Shown here one piece after another: positions 48,781 through 58,497 of a DNA stretch of 64,000 bases. The notes under the pieces were generated by a model. The model had not been told where the DNA came from. It did not search any database and saw nothing but the letters and a program-made list of their open reading frames with translations. Position numbers and translations under genes: made by a program. Location of the stretch: NCBI GenBank assembly GCA_016282685.1, contig JAEELM010000040.1:1267-65266 (forward strand), read 5' to 3'. This stretch comes from Elusimicrobiaceae bacterium (GTDB lineage: Bacteria; Elusimicrobiota; Elusimicrobia; Elusimicrobiales; Elusimicrobiaceae). Position 1 is the stretch's first letter; every line of letters begins with the position of its first letter.

Positions 48781-50496
48781 ATGGAAAATATAGAAAAAGA
48801 AGAAATGAATTTGTCGGAAATAATACAAATTGTATTTAAACGCCTTTGGTGGATCGTTGCGGCGATGTTATTGGGATTAATAGCGGCTATTTTGGTAAAT
48901 GTTTTAATGCGTCCTGTATACGAAGCTGTTACGCTAATGATGATTAACAACGAAAATGCCGGGAAATTAGATACAGATTCATATAGGTCATTTGCTGCCG
49001 AGGAAGATTATTACCGCACACAATATCAGTTGTTGGAAAGTCGTTCTTTGTTGGAAAAAGTCTACAATCAATTGGATTTAAACCAATACGAAGAATTTGC
49101 TAATCCCAGAGGAATTAGTAAACTCAAAAATGCCTTAAAAATAGACCCCGTTACGCGTAGCCGTTTGGTGCAAGTGAAAGCTTTCGCTTATGATCCGCAA
49201 TTAGCAGCAGATATTTCCAACGCAGTTAGTCGTACGTTTGTGGCCGAAAACGTAGAAAATCGCATTTCTATGGGACAAGATGTTATTCGTGCCCTGGAAA
49301 GCACGGAAAAGAGCAAGGCCGAGCAAGAGCTACTCAATTCCATGCCGCAAGTGGTAAATAGTGATTTTATTAAATCGCTTAAGCAACAAGCGGCTAATTT
49401 AGAGACGCTTAAAGCGCAGTTATCTGCTAAATATACCGATCAGCACCCTGAAGTTATTTCCGTCAATCGCCAATTGGCAACTATTCGAGAAGAAATCAAT
49501 ACGGAAACCCGACGATTGGTTCAAAGTATCAAAATTGAGCTTTCTGGACAATTTTCGGGCAATAATATTCGAATTGTTGATCCTGCAATTGTTCCTACGA
49601 TTCCCGTTCGTCCGCGTAAATTGATTAACCTGCTTGTCGGTCTATTGAGTGGGGCTTTATTGGGAGTGCTAGTTGCATTCGGAGTTGAATTTGTAGACCA
49701 AAGTGTAAAAAATTCTGAAGAAATGGATACGAAGTTAGGGCTTCCTTTCTTGGGATTTGTTCCATATGAAAAGAATAAAAAGAAAGAATCCGAATATGGC
49801 ACCATGCTTAAAGAAGGCAATTTCTTGAAGGCGGAAAATGTGCGTAACATTCGTACCATGTTGGGATTTTCTATGGCGGACAACCCCAATAATCCTTTTT
49901 TAATTACCAGTTCATTGCAAAGTGAAGGGAAAAGTTATTTGTCTTCTAATTTGCTAGTGGCACTGGCACAATCTGGCAAGAAAGTGTTGCTGATTGATGG
50001 TGATTTGCGCCGTGGTCGTGTTCACAAAGTATTCAAATTGTCTCTGGATAAGGGATTAAGTAACATTTGGGATAAAGACCCCAAAAAATCAGATTATGCT
50101 TCAAATGTCCAGCCAATAGCCGACGTAAAGAATCTTTTTGTAATGACATCAGGTGTGAGGCCGCCTAACCCCGCAGAATTGTTAGGTACCCCCAAATTGG
50201 CTGATTTTGTTGCTTGGGCTAAAAAGAATTATGACCAAGTAGTGGTGGATTGCCCCGCTATTTTACCGGTTTCTGATACCATGTTGTGGGGTCGATATAT
50301 TCCACAGGCAATTTTTGTGATTAGATATGGTAAAACCAATGTTAAATTGGCTAAAATCGCATTGGATAAGCTCCAGAAAGCCGGCGTGAAGGTTCTTGGA
50401 GGTGTAATTGGGGCCTATCAGCCACAAGGCTTATCTTATGGGAAATATGGCTATTATAAGAGCTATCACTATTACTCTGACGAAGAAGAAAAATAG
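48781..50496 (+). CDS. wzc: Wzc-like chain-length regulator / BY-kinase
   Basis: Wzz-like N-terminus, Walker A EGKS, LIDGDLRR, VVDCP, C-terminal Tyr cluster YGKYGYYKSYHYY. Confidence 0.93.
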   Translation: MENIEKEEMNLSEIIQIVFKRLWWIVAAMLLGLIAAILVNVLMRPVYEAVTLMMINNENAGKLDTDSYRSFAAEEDYYRTQYQLLESRSLLEKVYNQLDLNQYEEFANPRGISKLKNALKIDPVTRSRLVQVKAFAYDPQLAADISNAVSRTFVAENVENRISMGQDVIRALESTEKSKAEQELLNSMPQVVNSDFIKSLKQQAANLETLKAQLSAKYTDQHPEVISVNRQLATIREEINTETRRLVQSIKIELSGQFSGNNIRIVDPAIVPTIPVRPRKLINLLVGLLSGALLGVLVAFGVEFVDQSVKNSEEMDTKLGLPFLGFVPYEKNKKKESEYGTMLKEGNFLKAENVRNIRTMLGFSMADNPNNPFLITSSLQSEGKSYLSSNLLVALAQSGKKVLLIDGDLRRGRVHKVFKLSLDKGLSNIWDKDPKKSDYASNVQPIADVKNLFVMTSGVRPPNPAELLGTPKLADFVAWAKKNYDQVVVDCPAILPVSDTMLWGRYIPQAIFVIRYGKTNVKLAKIALDKLQKAGVKVLGGVIGAYQPQGLSYGKYGYYKSYHYYSDEEEK

Positions 50497-50516
50497 TTTA
50501 AATTTTTCCCCTATTT

Positions 50517-50545
50517 TTCCCCGGCACCTAGCCGGGGAATTTTTT
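50517..50545 (+). terminator. Terminator after wzc
   Basis: TTCCCCGGC-accta-GCCGGGGAA then a T run. Confidence 0.8.
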
Positions 50546-50557
50546 GCTCATGTTTAT

Positions 50558-50626
50558 CTAGGCCTTTTTCCCCCTTTCCAGATGGGTCCAATGACCCTTG
50601 TAAGTTGGTATAGATATTTTTAAAAT
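50558..50626 (+). promoter_or_regulatory. Tandem quasi-palindromic boxes plus sigma70 promoter (copy B)
   Basis: CTAGGCC-N5-CCCCCTT (50558-50576), ATGGGTC-N4-GACCCTT (50582-50599), TTGTAA (50598-50603), 17 nt, TAAAAT (50621-50626). Confidence 0.6.
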
Positions 50627-50644
50627 GATGATAAAGGAGTATAA

Positions 50645-51295
50645 ATGAGAAAAATAACATTTTTTATATTGTGCGTTTTTCTGCCATTGTTGGGGCAGGC
50701 ACAAACCTCCAAGCAAGCTCTTCTAAAGCTTTTTATGCCCAAAAGAAGTTTCTTATCGGGGGTCACCACTACAGGAGATGCTACTCGAGATGCTATTGCC
50801 CTAGCTGCACTGCGCGCAGACTCAGAAGCCCAGATACAGGCCAATAAACAAATTGTACAGATAGCACAAAGAGCTCTTTCAGAAGGGCGTCCCACGAATT
50901 TTACCTCTTTGTTAGCGTATGAAATATTGCAAAAGAAATCTTTGTTACTTTTTAACGCCACCTCCGCGAATGTGAAGACGAAAAGGCTTGACGTTATGGT
51001 AGTTTCAAGTATTGGAGAGATGAAAAGAGAATTGGTAGAAGTGAGCAAAATGGCTCCTTCTTTAACTTTTGAACAATTTATAGTGATGGCGGAGTCCGCC
51101 AAAAGTCGTTTACAAGAGATAGACCTCTTGCAGATGGCGCTCGATACGTATTCTAAGGAACATCCAGATGGCGTGCATGACTTTTTCTTTGCTGGGCAAG
51201 ATGCTCTGGCGTGGTTGAAGTATTACTACAGTGCACTTATCGGGAAGGAAAGTGAAATTCCTGCTGACAAGGGCCAAAAATCCTATGAAAAATAG
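50645..51295 (+). CDS. Hypothetical exported protein
   Basis: Signal peptide MRKITFFILCVFLPLLGQA, AAGGAG RBS, helical body. Confidence 0.75.
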   Translation: MRKITFFILCVFLPLLGQAQTSKQALLKLFMPKRSFLSGVTTTGDATRDAIALAALRADSEAQIQANKQIVQIAQRALSEGRPTNFTSLLAYEILQKKSLLLFNATSANVKTKRLDVMVVSSIGEMKRELVEVSKMAPSLTFEQFIVMAESAKSRLQEIDLLQMALDTYSKEHPDGVHDFFFAGQDALAWLKYYYSALIGKESEIPADKGQKSYEK

Positions 51296-51327
51296 GGGCG
51301 AAGAAATTGCATTAGGATTGATAAACA

Positions 51328-51358
51328 AAAAACCTCCGCTTTGAAAGCGGAGGTTTTT
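51328..51358. terminator. Bidirectional terminator
   Basis: AAAAACCTCCGCTTT-g-AAAGCGGAGGTTTTT. Confidence 0.85.
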
Positions 51359-51375
51359 GATAAGTAATTTATCAA

Positions 51376-52497
51376 TTAGAACAAAGCACGGACGAATACA
51401 CCAGCTTTATTGTTTTCGTATTGGGCCAAGTTCACGTTGGAGTGACGGGCACGGAATTGATACCATACGCCAGCAGACAACCAATCTTTGAATTGATAAT
51501 CTACACCGGGGCGGACCAAGAACACGTCATCCGTGCGTTTGGTGCCGTCTACGTATGTATCGTAGTGCATTTGGTCCCAAAGGAACGTCACATGAGCGGT
51601 CAATTTGTCGGTAAGTTTTTGGTCGCCATACAAAGACAAAGTAGTATCTTTGAAATAGCGATTGTCACCGTAGTAGGTTTCCTCTAAGCCACGTTTACCC
51701 GTTAAACGAAGGGTATTAACAGTGCTGGGTTTCCATTCCAAAGAGAGGAAATAACCGACCATGTTTCTTTCATCTTCATTATTTACTTTTTCGTCATATT
51801 TGCGCATATCGTAGTTTACTTTGGCAATACCGGTTACTTTCGGTGCAACTTGCCCTTTGACACCTAAACCGACGAGGTGGCTAGACGAATCGTTGAGTTT
51901 GTAATCTTTGTAGGCAATGTCAGAGTACATATATTCCACAAAGAAGCTGGTTTTGGCAGAAAGATTGTAGTACAATTGGGCCCCTAAATTAACGCGATTG
52001 CGGTTTAAGGCTTCCCATTCGTCTTCAAAATAGTGATTGTAAATATCTTCTGCTAAGAAACCCACACCAAACATTTTTTCCGTGGAAGTAATGTAAGAGA
52101 AATACCCATGGTTATTCAAACGTTTGGCACGTTCTGTTTCTGCATTGTTGGCAGGATCAGAGGTGTAGAGAATGCGATCCCCTAATTTGAACTGTTTATT
52201 AGAAAGTTCTACCCCGCCTAAAGCATCCCAATAATTATTGGTGCTGGCATCTTTGGTATAAGCGTTATATCCCACTAAAGCATTCGCATTGAATTTCAAG
52301 GCAGAATTGGGAATATTGGTTTTGTAATCGGCACCTACGCGAGTTGTGCTGATAACAGAATCTTTTTTCCCATAGTGAGTTAAATAGATGTTATCATCAT
52401 AGCTTACATCTTCAGATACCATGAATGTAAGTGGCTTTTGAGCCATAACTGGAAAAGCTACAAAAGCAGCAAGTGCAATAATTGCTAATTTTTTCAT
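51376..52497 (-). CDS. EPS-associated outer-membrane beta-barrel (EpsL/BBP2-like)
   Basis: Signal peptide, YDDNIY N-terminal motif, amphipathic strands, C-terminal Phe (RALF), EPS-locus context. Confidence 0.75.
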   Translation of the reverse strand: MKKLAIIALAAFVAFPVMAQKPLTFMVSEDVSYDDNIYLTHYGKKDSVISTTRVGADYKTNIPNSALKFNANALVGYNAYTKDASTNNYWDALGGVELSNKQFKLGDRILYTSDPANNAETERAKRLNNHGYFSYITSTEKMFGVGFLAEDIYNHYFEDEWEALNRNRVNLGAQLYYNLSAKTSFFVEYMYSDIAYKDYKLNDSSSHLVGLGVKGQVAPKVTGIAKVNYDMRKYDEKVNNEDERNMVGYFLSLEWKPSTVNTLRLTGKRGLEETYYGDNRYFKDTTLSLYGDQKLTDKLTAHVTFLWDQMHYDTYVDGTKRTDDVFLVRPGVDYQFKDWLSAGVWYQFRARHSNVNLAQYENNKAGVFVRALF

Positions 52498-52520
52498 TTC
52501 TTGCTTTCTCCCTAAATTTT

Positions 52521-53174
52521 TTAGTTACCAGTTGGAGCAGAAGGACTTACTTCTGCTTCGGCTGCCAAATCATTTTGCGCTTGTTGAGCAGCTAAATCAG
52601 GCGTATTCAAGGCAGCTTCTGCGGCTACAAAAGCAGGAGTGTCTTCTTCCACGGTGTTTGTTCCTTGGTTGGACACTTTTGTAGACGTAGTAACCGGTTT
52701 GTACGGAGCAACGACCGGTGCTTCGCTGCGAGCTATTTTTTCACGCGCAATGGCGTCTACTTTTACAGAAGAACCATTTGCAACGGTGGATGTTTTCCCA
52801 CCGGTTGTGATATAAGCTGGACCGCCTTTTTTAACAGTTACTAATTGCGTTTTGGGATCAACAACTAAACTAATGGCGCCGTTAGCGCTGATGATACTTC
52901 CGCCAATTTGAACCCTGTTTAAGTTGGTGCCGGAAACAATAAGACGTCCGTTATTTTCAGGACTGATTTGGACGTTTTGATTTTGCGGTACCGTAATGAC
53001 AACTTCGTCGTAATTTACGACGGTTCTTGCTTTTTCGCTGATAGAAAGCACACTGCCCGCTTTATACTTGACAGGTTGCTGTCCATCTCGGATGACTGTG
53101 ATGGCCGCATTTAAGGCCCCCGCTAAGCACAGGGTGCTCAGTAAACACAGAAACTTCTTAATCATGTGGTACAT
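52521..53174 (-). CDS. Hypothetical exported beta-rich protein with low-complexity tail
   Basis: Signal peptide, beta-strand-like core, T/A/E-rich tail ending VSPSAPTGN; GGAGG RBS. Confidence 0.7.
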   Translation of the reverse strand: MYHMIKKFLCLLSTLCLAGALNAAITVIRDGQQPVKYKAGSVLSISEKARTVVNYDEVVITVPQNQNVQISPENNGRLIVSGTNLNRVQIGGSIISANGAISLVVDPKTQLVTVKKGGPAYITTGGKTSTVANGSSVKVDAIAREKIARSEAPVVAPYKPVTTSTKVSNQGTNTVEEDTPAFVAAEAALNTPDLAAQQAQNDLAAEAEVSPSAPTGN

Positions 53175-53254
53175 CCTCCTATTTTATTTTACCTCTAGAT
53201 TATACTATTTTAAATGTAAAAGATGCAATCTTTCAAAATCAACATTGGATTAGT

Positions 53255-53812
53255 TTATTTACGTCGTGCACTTAGACGGAATAGAAGCCAGCCTAGAAAA
53301 GTCCCCAGTGTATTGTTAAGAACATCATCTGTTTCGCAACTACCTATGTGGAAAATAGCTTGTATTAGTTCTATACAAATCGAAAAAGTCAGGGCATAAA
53401 GCAAAATTTTCCAAAGCGGCGTTTTTTTAAACAGGTAACCCGCAAAAAAACCAAACGGTAAAAATAAGGTGATATTTAATAAACAATCTTCTATAGGAGA
53501 ATTTTTTGTAACTTGGAAAATATTTTTACTGCTTCTCAGTACAGAATAGCAATCTGTTTTAGAAAACTCTCCTTTCCCCGTTAAACAAGAGAATGCTATT
53601 TTGTAAGTAATAAATGGTTGAAGGCGGAAACGAACCATTTCCTTGACATTTCGACAAAACAAAGTAAAGTAAAGTACGCTGCCGGCGTAGAGCGAAGCTA
53701 AACTCCACAAGTAAACAAGGCGGCTTTTTTCTTTTTTAAACAAACGAAGGCTTAGCGGGACTAACAACAATCCGCCTATAACAACCAGTGTTAATAAAGA
53801 TACCTGTTTCAT
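53255..53812 (-). CDS. VanZ-family membrane protein
   Basis: LNITLFLPFGF, SICIELIQ, DDVLNNTLG..G. Confidence 0.9.
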   Translation of the reverse strand: MKQVSLLTLVVIGGLLLVPLSLRLFKKEKSRLVYLWSLASLYAGSVLYFTLFCRNVKEMVRFRLQPFITYKIAFSCLTGKGEFSKTDCYSVLRSSKNIFQVTKNSPIEDCLLNITLFLPFGFFAGYLFKKTPLWKILLYALTFSICIELIQAIFHIGSCETDDVLNNTLGTFLGWLLFRLSARRK

Positions 53813-53943
53813 ACGAATAAAAGTTATTATAAATGCTTTTTCTTCTCGTTTGTATTATACCAATTTCTTAGCCTTTCAAAGACATATTTAACCCCATATC
53901 GCTAAATGGGGAAAGAAATAAAATAAGCTATAATATAAAGAGT

Positions 53944-54894
53944 ATGACGAATTTACGAACTTCTAAACGATGGCTGGTAACGGGTGGAGCGGGTTTTATT
54001 GGCTCTCACTTAGTAAAAGAATTGGTAAAACAGGGACAACAAGTTGTTGTGTTAGATGATCTTTCCAGTGGGAATTTGGAGAATTTGGCACCTGTGGCCA
54101 GCCAAATATCCTTTATTCAGGGTTCTATTTGTACGCCGAAAGATGTTTTGAATGCATGTGGAGGAGTGGATTATGTGTTGCATCATGCAGCTTTAATTTC
54201 AGTAGCTCAATCCATGCAAGAACCGGAACAAACAGCTCACATTAATGTCAAAGGAACCTTCAATGTGCTGGAAGCAGCCAGGGCACAACATGTGAAAAGA
54301 GTCGTTTTTGCTTCTTCTAGCGCTGTATATGGTAACAGTCTAGATTTACCCTACAAGGAAAACACGTTGCCGGATTGTCAGTCTCCTTATGCTTGGAGTA
54401 AACAAGCAGGGGCAGAATTATGCCAGCTTTATACCCACGCATACGGAGTGGAAACGGTCGTTTTGCGCTATTTTAATGTGTTTGGTGTGGGACAAAACCC
54501 TCATTCTGCTTATGCGGCAGTAATCGCTAAATTTATGCAACTGGCAGCTGAAAATCAACCTTTGCGGATTGATTGGGATGGTAAACAAAGTAGGGATTTT
54601 GTCCATGTGTTAGACGTTGTACAGGCCAATTTGTTGGCGGCTTTAAAAGGTACGGCCGGAGAAATTTATAATGTGGCTTCTGGCCGTACATATACGCTTT
54701 TAGAACTGGCAGATACGATAGAGAAAATTTCTGGCCGAAAATTGGAGCGGGTCTTTTGTCCCAAACGGGCCGGGGATGTGCGATGTTCGTCCGCCGATAT
54801 TTCTAAAATTTCCGCTATAGGGTTTGTTCCAAAGGTTTCTTTGGAAGAGGGTTTGCGGGATATGTGGTTAAAAAAACAGGAAGATAAAAAATGA
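53944..54894 (+). CDS. UDP-glucose/UDP-GlcNAc 4-epimerase-like SDR (WbpP-like)
   Basis: VTGGAGFIGSH, HHAA..SV..S, ASSSAVYG, YAWSK, RYFNVFG, SRDFVHV. Confidence 0.92.
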   Translation: MTNLRTSKRWLVTGGAGFIGSHLVKELVKQGQQVVVLDDLSSGNLENLAPVASQISFIQGSICTPKDVLNACGGVDYVLHHAALISVAQSMQEPEQTAHINVKGTFNVLEAARAQHVKRVVFASSSAVYGNSLDLPYKENTLPDCQSPYAWSKQAGAELCQLYTHAYGVETVVLRYFNVFGVGQNPHSAYAAVIAKFMQLAAENQPLRIDWDGKQSRDFVHVLDVVQANLLAALKGTAGEIYNVASGRTYTLLELADTIEKISGRKLERVFCPKRAGDVRCSSADISKISAIGFVPKVSLEEGLRDMWLKKQEDKK

Positions 54895-56213
54895 AATTCT
54901 TATTTTTATTGTTGGATTTTTGTGCTTTTTCCGTAATCATGTGGAGTGTATTCGTATTACGTGGATATGTTAACAGCAGTGTGTTTGAAAGGAATGTTCC
55001 GCTTTTTGCGGTTATTTTTTTGTTTGTTACTTTTGTGTTGTGGTTGTTTTCGTTCTACGATATCAAGCAATTACGTAAACGAATGGTTTCCTACAAAATG
55101 CTTTCAGTTGCATGGTTGATATGTTTGCTAGGTTGTTCAACTATGATTTACTTCGTTTCTTCCGTGTTTTCTATCCCTACACCTAAACGTTTATTGCTGA
55201 TTATTTTAACAGTTTATTACGTCTATATTTGTTTAATGCGTCGAAATTATTTTAAATTGGATTTTGCTAAAAAAAATGTATTAATTTTCGGCCAAAGTGA
55301 AACGATTTCTGCTTTAGTTAAAGAAATGAAGTCTTCTCGCGGATTTCGCATACGAGGAGTGGAGCCTGTTCCTGCGGAAAATAAACATTATTCGTTGAAC
55401 AATTTGGACATAGTGGTTACCGGCAGTCGGTTGTTTAAAGAATATCCGCAAGCATGGGAAATTATTTCTAGACAATTTATTTCGAAAGGGATTGTAGTAG
55501 ATACGGATTTTAATGTCTATGAAAGAATGTTTCGTCGAGTATCGCGTGAAAGTATTGCAGACTCTATTTGGTTATTGCGTGGTATTGGTAACCGCCATGA
55601 ACATACAATGTACGACGATATTAAACGGGCATTTGATGTGATAGCCTCCATTTTCTTGCTCCCTATTTTAATTCCGTTAGGACTATTTATTTGGGTGGCG
55701 GTTCGGATAATTGATGGGTATCCACCGCTTTTTATTCAAAAACGAGTCGGGCAGTTAGAAAAGCCTATCTATATTTATAAATTCCGAACGATTGTTCCTG
55801 GAGGGACGGAAGAAAATATTACAAAATGCGGAAGATTTTTAAGACGTTTCCGCTTGGATGAAATTCCGCAAGTGATAAATGTTTTAAAAGGAGATATTTC
55901 GTTCGTTGGACCTAGACCCATTTGGGAAAATGAATATGATTTTTTAAACAAATATGTTCCTAATCATAATATTCGGACAATTGTAAAACCGGGTATTACG
56001 GGATGGGCGCAATTGAATTTTAAAGCTCCCCCCACCTATTTTAATTTTAGGAATGAAGCCCCCGAAGAATTAGATCCGCATGCTTTTGATGCTGCTTTTA
56101 CGCGTCTTTCTTACGATGTATGGTACATTAAAAACCGATCCATTATGTTAGACATTGAAATTATGTTACGAACAGGTTTGCGAATGTTCATTAAGGATAC
56201 TTATGTTGCGTAA
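54891..56213 (+). CDS. Polyprenyl-phosphate initiating sugar transferase (WcaJ/WbaP-like)
   Basis: N-terminal TMs, IKRAFD, YKFRT, RFRLDEIPQ..NVLKGD.SFVGPRP, KPGITGWAQ, DVWYIKN. Confidence 0.93.
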   Translation: MKFLFLLLDFCAFSVIMWSVFVLRGYVNSSVFERNVPLFAVIFLFVTFVLWLFSFYDIKQLRKRMVSYKMLSVAWLICLLGCSTMIYFVSSVFSIPTPKRLLLIILTVYYVYICLMRRNYFKLDFAKKNVLIFGQSETISALVKEMKSSRGFRIRGVEPVPAENKHYSLNNLDIVVTGSRLFKEYPQAWEIISRQFISKGIVVDTDFNVYERMFRRVSRESIADSIWLLRGIGNRHEHTMYDDIKRAFDVIASIFLLPILIPLGLFIWVAVRIIDGYPPLFIQKRVGQLEKPIYIYKFRTIVPGGTEENITKCGRFLRRFRLDEIPQVINVLKGDISFVGPRPIWENEYDFLNKYVPNHNIRTIVKPGITGWAQLNFKAPPTYFNFRNEAPEELDPHAFDAAFTRLSYDVWYIKNRSIMLDIEIMLRTGLRMFIKDTYVA

Positions 56214-57222
56214 ATTAATTATAGGGTTTCTACTAATAATTACCTCCCCTCTTATGGGATTGGAATTCCCGCTTTGTGTGTACGGAATATCGGATCTAAA
56301 ATGGGTGCCTGAAGTAAAAAAAGCCGGATTTACATGTTTCCAGAGCTATCAAAAAGATCCGGATACATTATCTGCTTTGGCCAAACAGGCCTCTAAATAT
56401 GGGTTAAAAACAGTTTTTTTACCTGATCAAGTTATCGGCTCCGCCAAAGAAAATGAAGCCAAAAGCTGGCCTATGTTGGCATGGTATCTGGTAGATGAAC
56501 CTGATGTGCATAAATGGAGTCGAGAACGTGTGCGACAAGCCCATCAGCGTTCTAAAACAGCTTTCCCGAATCAACTCACTACATTGGTAATTGGACAAGG
56601 GCGTACGCTTATTCCTTATTACGATTTACCGGATGTAATGATGGTGGACTGGTATCCAGTTCCCCATTTAGCGTTGACATCATTTGGTGACAATGTGCGC
56701 TATACGTTAGAAGGAATGGAAAAACATAATAGTCCATACCCTCGGAAATTATGGGGAGTAGTGCAAATCTTTGATTGGAAAGATTATAAACAGCACCGGC
56801 CGGATAATGACAGAATCGGTCGTTTCCCTACGGAAGAAGAAATTCGTTTTATGAGTTATGATGGCATTTTAAACGGAGCCACGGGATTGTTCTATTTTAT
56901 TTTTACTGCGCAAAACAAGCCTATGTTTTCTTTTCAACCAGATAATTGGAAGCGGGTGACACGGGTAATTAAAGAATTGGAGGAGTTATTGCCCATTTTA
57001 GAAAATGGAATAATAGTGGAAAATCCATTAGCTATTTCTCGTCCACTTGTTATGCAATCGCGTGCCTATAAGGGATATATTTATATGATTTTGCTGAATT
57101 CTTCAGATCAGCCGCAACAGATTCCGCCCGCTTTGCTGGAAAAATATTACCAAAAAATGTTTGAAAAAAAGAAAGAAAAAACAATTCCCCCCTACGGGGT
57201 ATGGGTGCTGAAATATTCGTAA
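56203..57222 (+). CDS. Exported TIM-barrel, glycoside-hydrolase-like hypothetical protein
   Basis: Signal peptide from ATG 56203, WYLVDEP, DWYP, WGVVQIF, Y.....GATG..YF pattern. Confidence 0.6.
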   Translation: MLRKLIIGFLLIITSPLMGLEFPLCVYGISDLKWVPEVKKAGFTCFQSYQKDPDTLSALAKQASKYGLKTVFLPDQVIGSAKENEAKSWPMLAWYLVDEPDVHKWSRERVRQAHQRSKTAFPNQLTTLVIGQGRTLIPYYDLPDVMMVDWYPVPHLALTSFGDNVRYTLEGMEKHNSPYPRKLWGVVQIFDWKDYKQHRPDNDRIGRFPTEEEIRFMSYDGILNGATGLFYFIFTAQNKPMFSFQPDNWKRVTRVIKELEELLPILENGIIVENPLAISRPLVMQSRAYKGYIYMILLNSSDQPQQIPPALLEKYYQKMFEKKKEKTIPPYGVWVLKYS

Positions 57223-57285
57223 GACAAGGGTATTTGATTTTTGTTATAATATCCTTAGTTAGGAGTAGTAATCAAATCGATTCCT

Positions 57286-57376
57286 GGAGAGGTGGCTGAG
57301 AGGCCGAAAGCGGCGGTTTGCTAAACCGTTATACGGGTTAATTCCCGTATCGAGGGTTCGAATCCCTCCCTCTCCG
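57286..57376 (+). tRNA. tRNA-Ser(GCT), long variable arm, CCA not encoded
   Basis: GGAGAGG acceptor stem pairing with CCTCTCC, anticodon stem-loop GCGGT-TT-GCT-AA-ACCGT (GCT at 57320-57322), variable arm, GGTTCGAATCC T-loop, G discriminator. Confidence 0.97.
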
Positions 57377-57384
57377 AAAAATAT

Positions 57385-57409
57385 ACCCCCGTAAGGGGGT
57401 TATTTTTTT
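57385..57409. terminator. Terminator after the tRNA and ppa
   Basis: ACCCCC-gtaa-GGGGGT with flanking T/A runs. Confidence 0.8.
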
Positions 57410-57411
57410 GG

Positions 57412-57972
57412 TTAAAAATTACTGAATTTTACAAATTTGTTTTCATAGGCCACAAAGGCCTCTTGTAAAATTTTGACAGCCGTCTCTTTGTCAAAGATTT
57501 TTTCTACTACAACTGTTTTATTTTCTAATTTTTTGTAATCTTCAAAGAAGCTCATAATTTCAGACACCAAATGTTCGGGAAGTTCTGAAATGTTTTGATA
57601 GTGGCTGACATTAGGATCTCCTTGGGCGACAGCTACGATTTTATCATCCGCTTCGCCATTGTCCAACATGCGCATAACACCGATAATTCTTGCTGGGACA
57701 ATGCACAAGGGAACAACTTCTACTTGTGACAAAATAAGGATATCCAAAGGGTCTTTATCTGCTCCGTACGTGCGAGGAATAAATCCATAATTGGCCGGAT
57801 AATAAACGGAAGAATAAAGCACACGATCCATTTTAAGGAGTCCACTCTCTTTATCCAATTCATATTTAGCGCGGGTGCCTTTTGGAATTTCAATAATGCC
57901 GTTTACAATATCGGGCAGAGTCTCTTTGTTGCCAGGCGACACATGATGCCATGGGTTGAAATTGGTAAACAT
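57412..57972 (-). CDS. ppa: Family I inorganic pyrophosphatase
   Basis: PWHH, IEIPKG..AKYE, DR, YP.NYGFIP, DKDPLD, D.GEADDK. Confidence 0.96.
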   Translation of the reverse strand: MFTNFNPWHHVSPGNKETLPDIVNGIIEIPKGTRAKYELDKESGLLKMDRVLYSSVYYPANYGFIPRTYGADKDPLDILILSQVEVVPLCIVPARIIGVMRMLDNGEADDKIVAVAQGDPNVSHYQNISELPEHLVSEIMSFFEDYKKLENKTVVVEKIFDKETAVKILQEAFVAYENKFVKFSNF

Positions 57973-58016
57973 AATATCCTCTCTTGATAATTTATAGTAC
58001 GATTATAGCAATTTAG

Positions 58017-58466
58017 CTAAGTGAGATTCAGGAGTAACCCTTGGCAGCCCTTCAACACATCTTGCCAAGTTTGTTCGAAATCCCCAGTATACCAGGGGTC
58101 TGCGACTTCATGTACATTTCCTGTATATTCCATTAATAAATGCATCTTATGCTCATTATCGGGGCCGCAAATGCGTTCTATATTACGCAGGTTGGCATAA
58201 TCCATTCCAATAAGAAGATCATAATAGCGGTAATCAGCACGTGTTAGTTGACGGGCTGTTTTACCCGCGCAAGAAATTCCGTGTTCGGCTAATTTTTGAC
58301 GGGCTGGAGGATAAACAGGATTGCCGGTTTCTTCTGTGCTGGTAGCGGCAGAAGCAATTTCAAAATCCTCTTTGCGATTGGCTTTTTTGACAAGATCTTT
58401 TAGAACAAATTCTGCCATAGGACTTCTGCAAATATTACCATGACAGATAAATAAAATTTTATGCAT
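58017..58466 (-). CDS. Low-molecular-weight protein tyrosine phosphatase
   Basis: CHGNICRSPMAE, VADPWY. Confidence 0.93.
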   Translation of the reverse strand: MHKILFICHGNICRSPMAEFVLKDLVKKANRKEDFEIASAATSTEETGNPVYPPARQKLAEHGISCAGKTARQLTRADYRYYDLLIGMDYANLRNIERICGPDNEHKMHLLMEYTGNVHEVADPWYTGDFEQTWQDVLKGCQGLLLNLT

Positions 58467-58471
58467 AATTC

Positions 58472-58494
58472 AAAAATCCCCGCCGTAGCGGGGG
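58472..58494 (-). terminator. Terminator-like hairpin (UACG loop)
   Basis: Minus strand CCCCGC-TACG-GCGGGG-ATTTTT. Confidence 0.75.
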
Positions 58495-58497
58495 TGT

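Noticed and set aside
57286-57376. tRNA-Ser as integration site for the EPS region
   Set aside because: No integrase, no duplicated tRNA 3' end seen, and the EPS genes lie on the 5' side of the tRNA.
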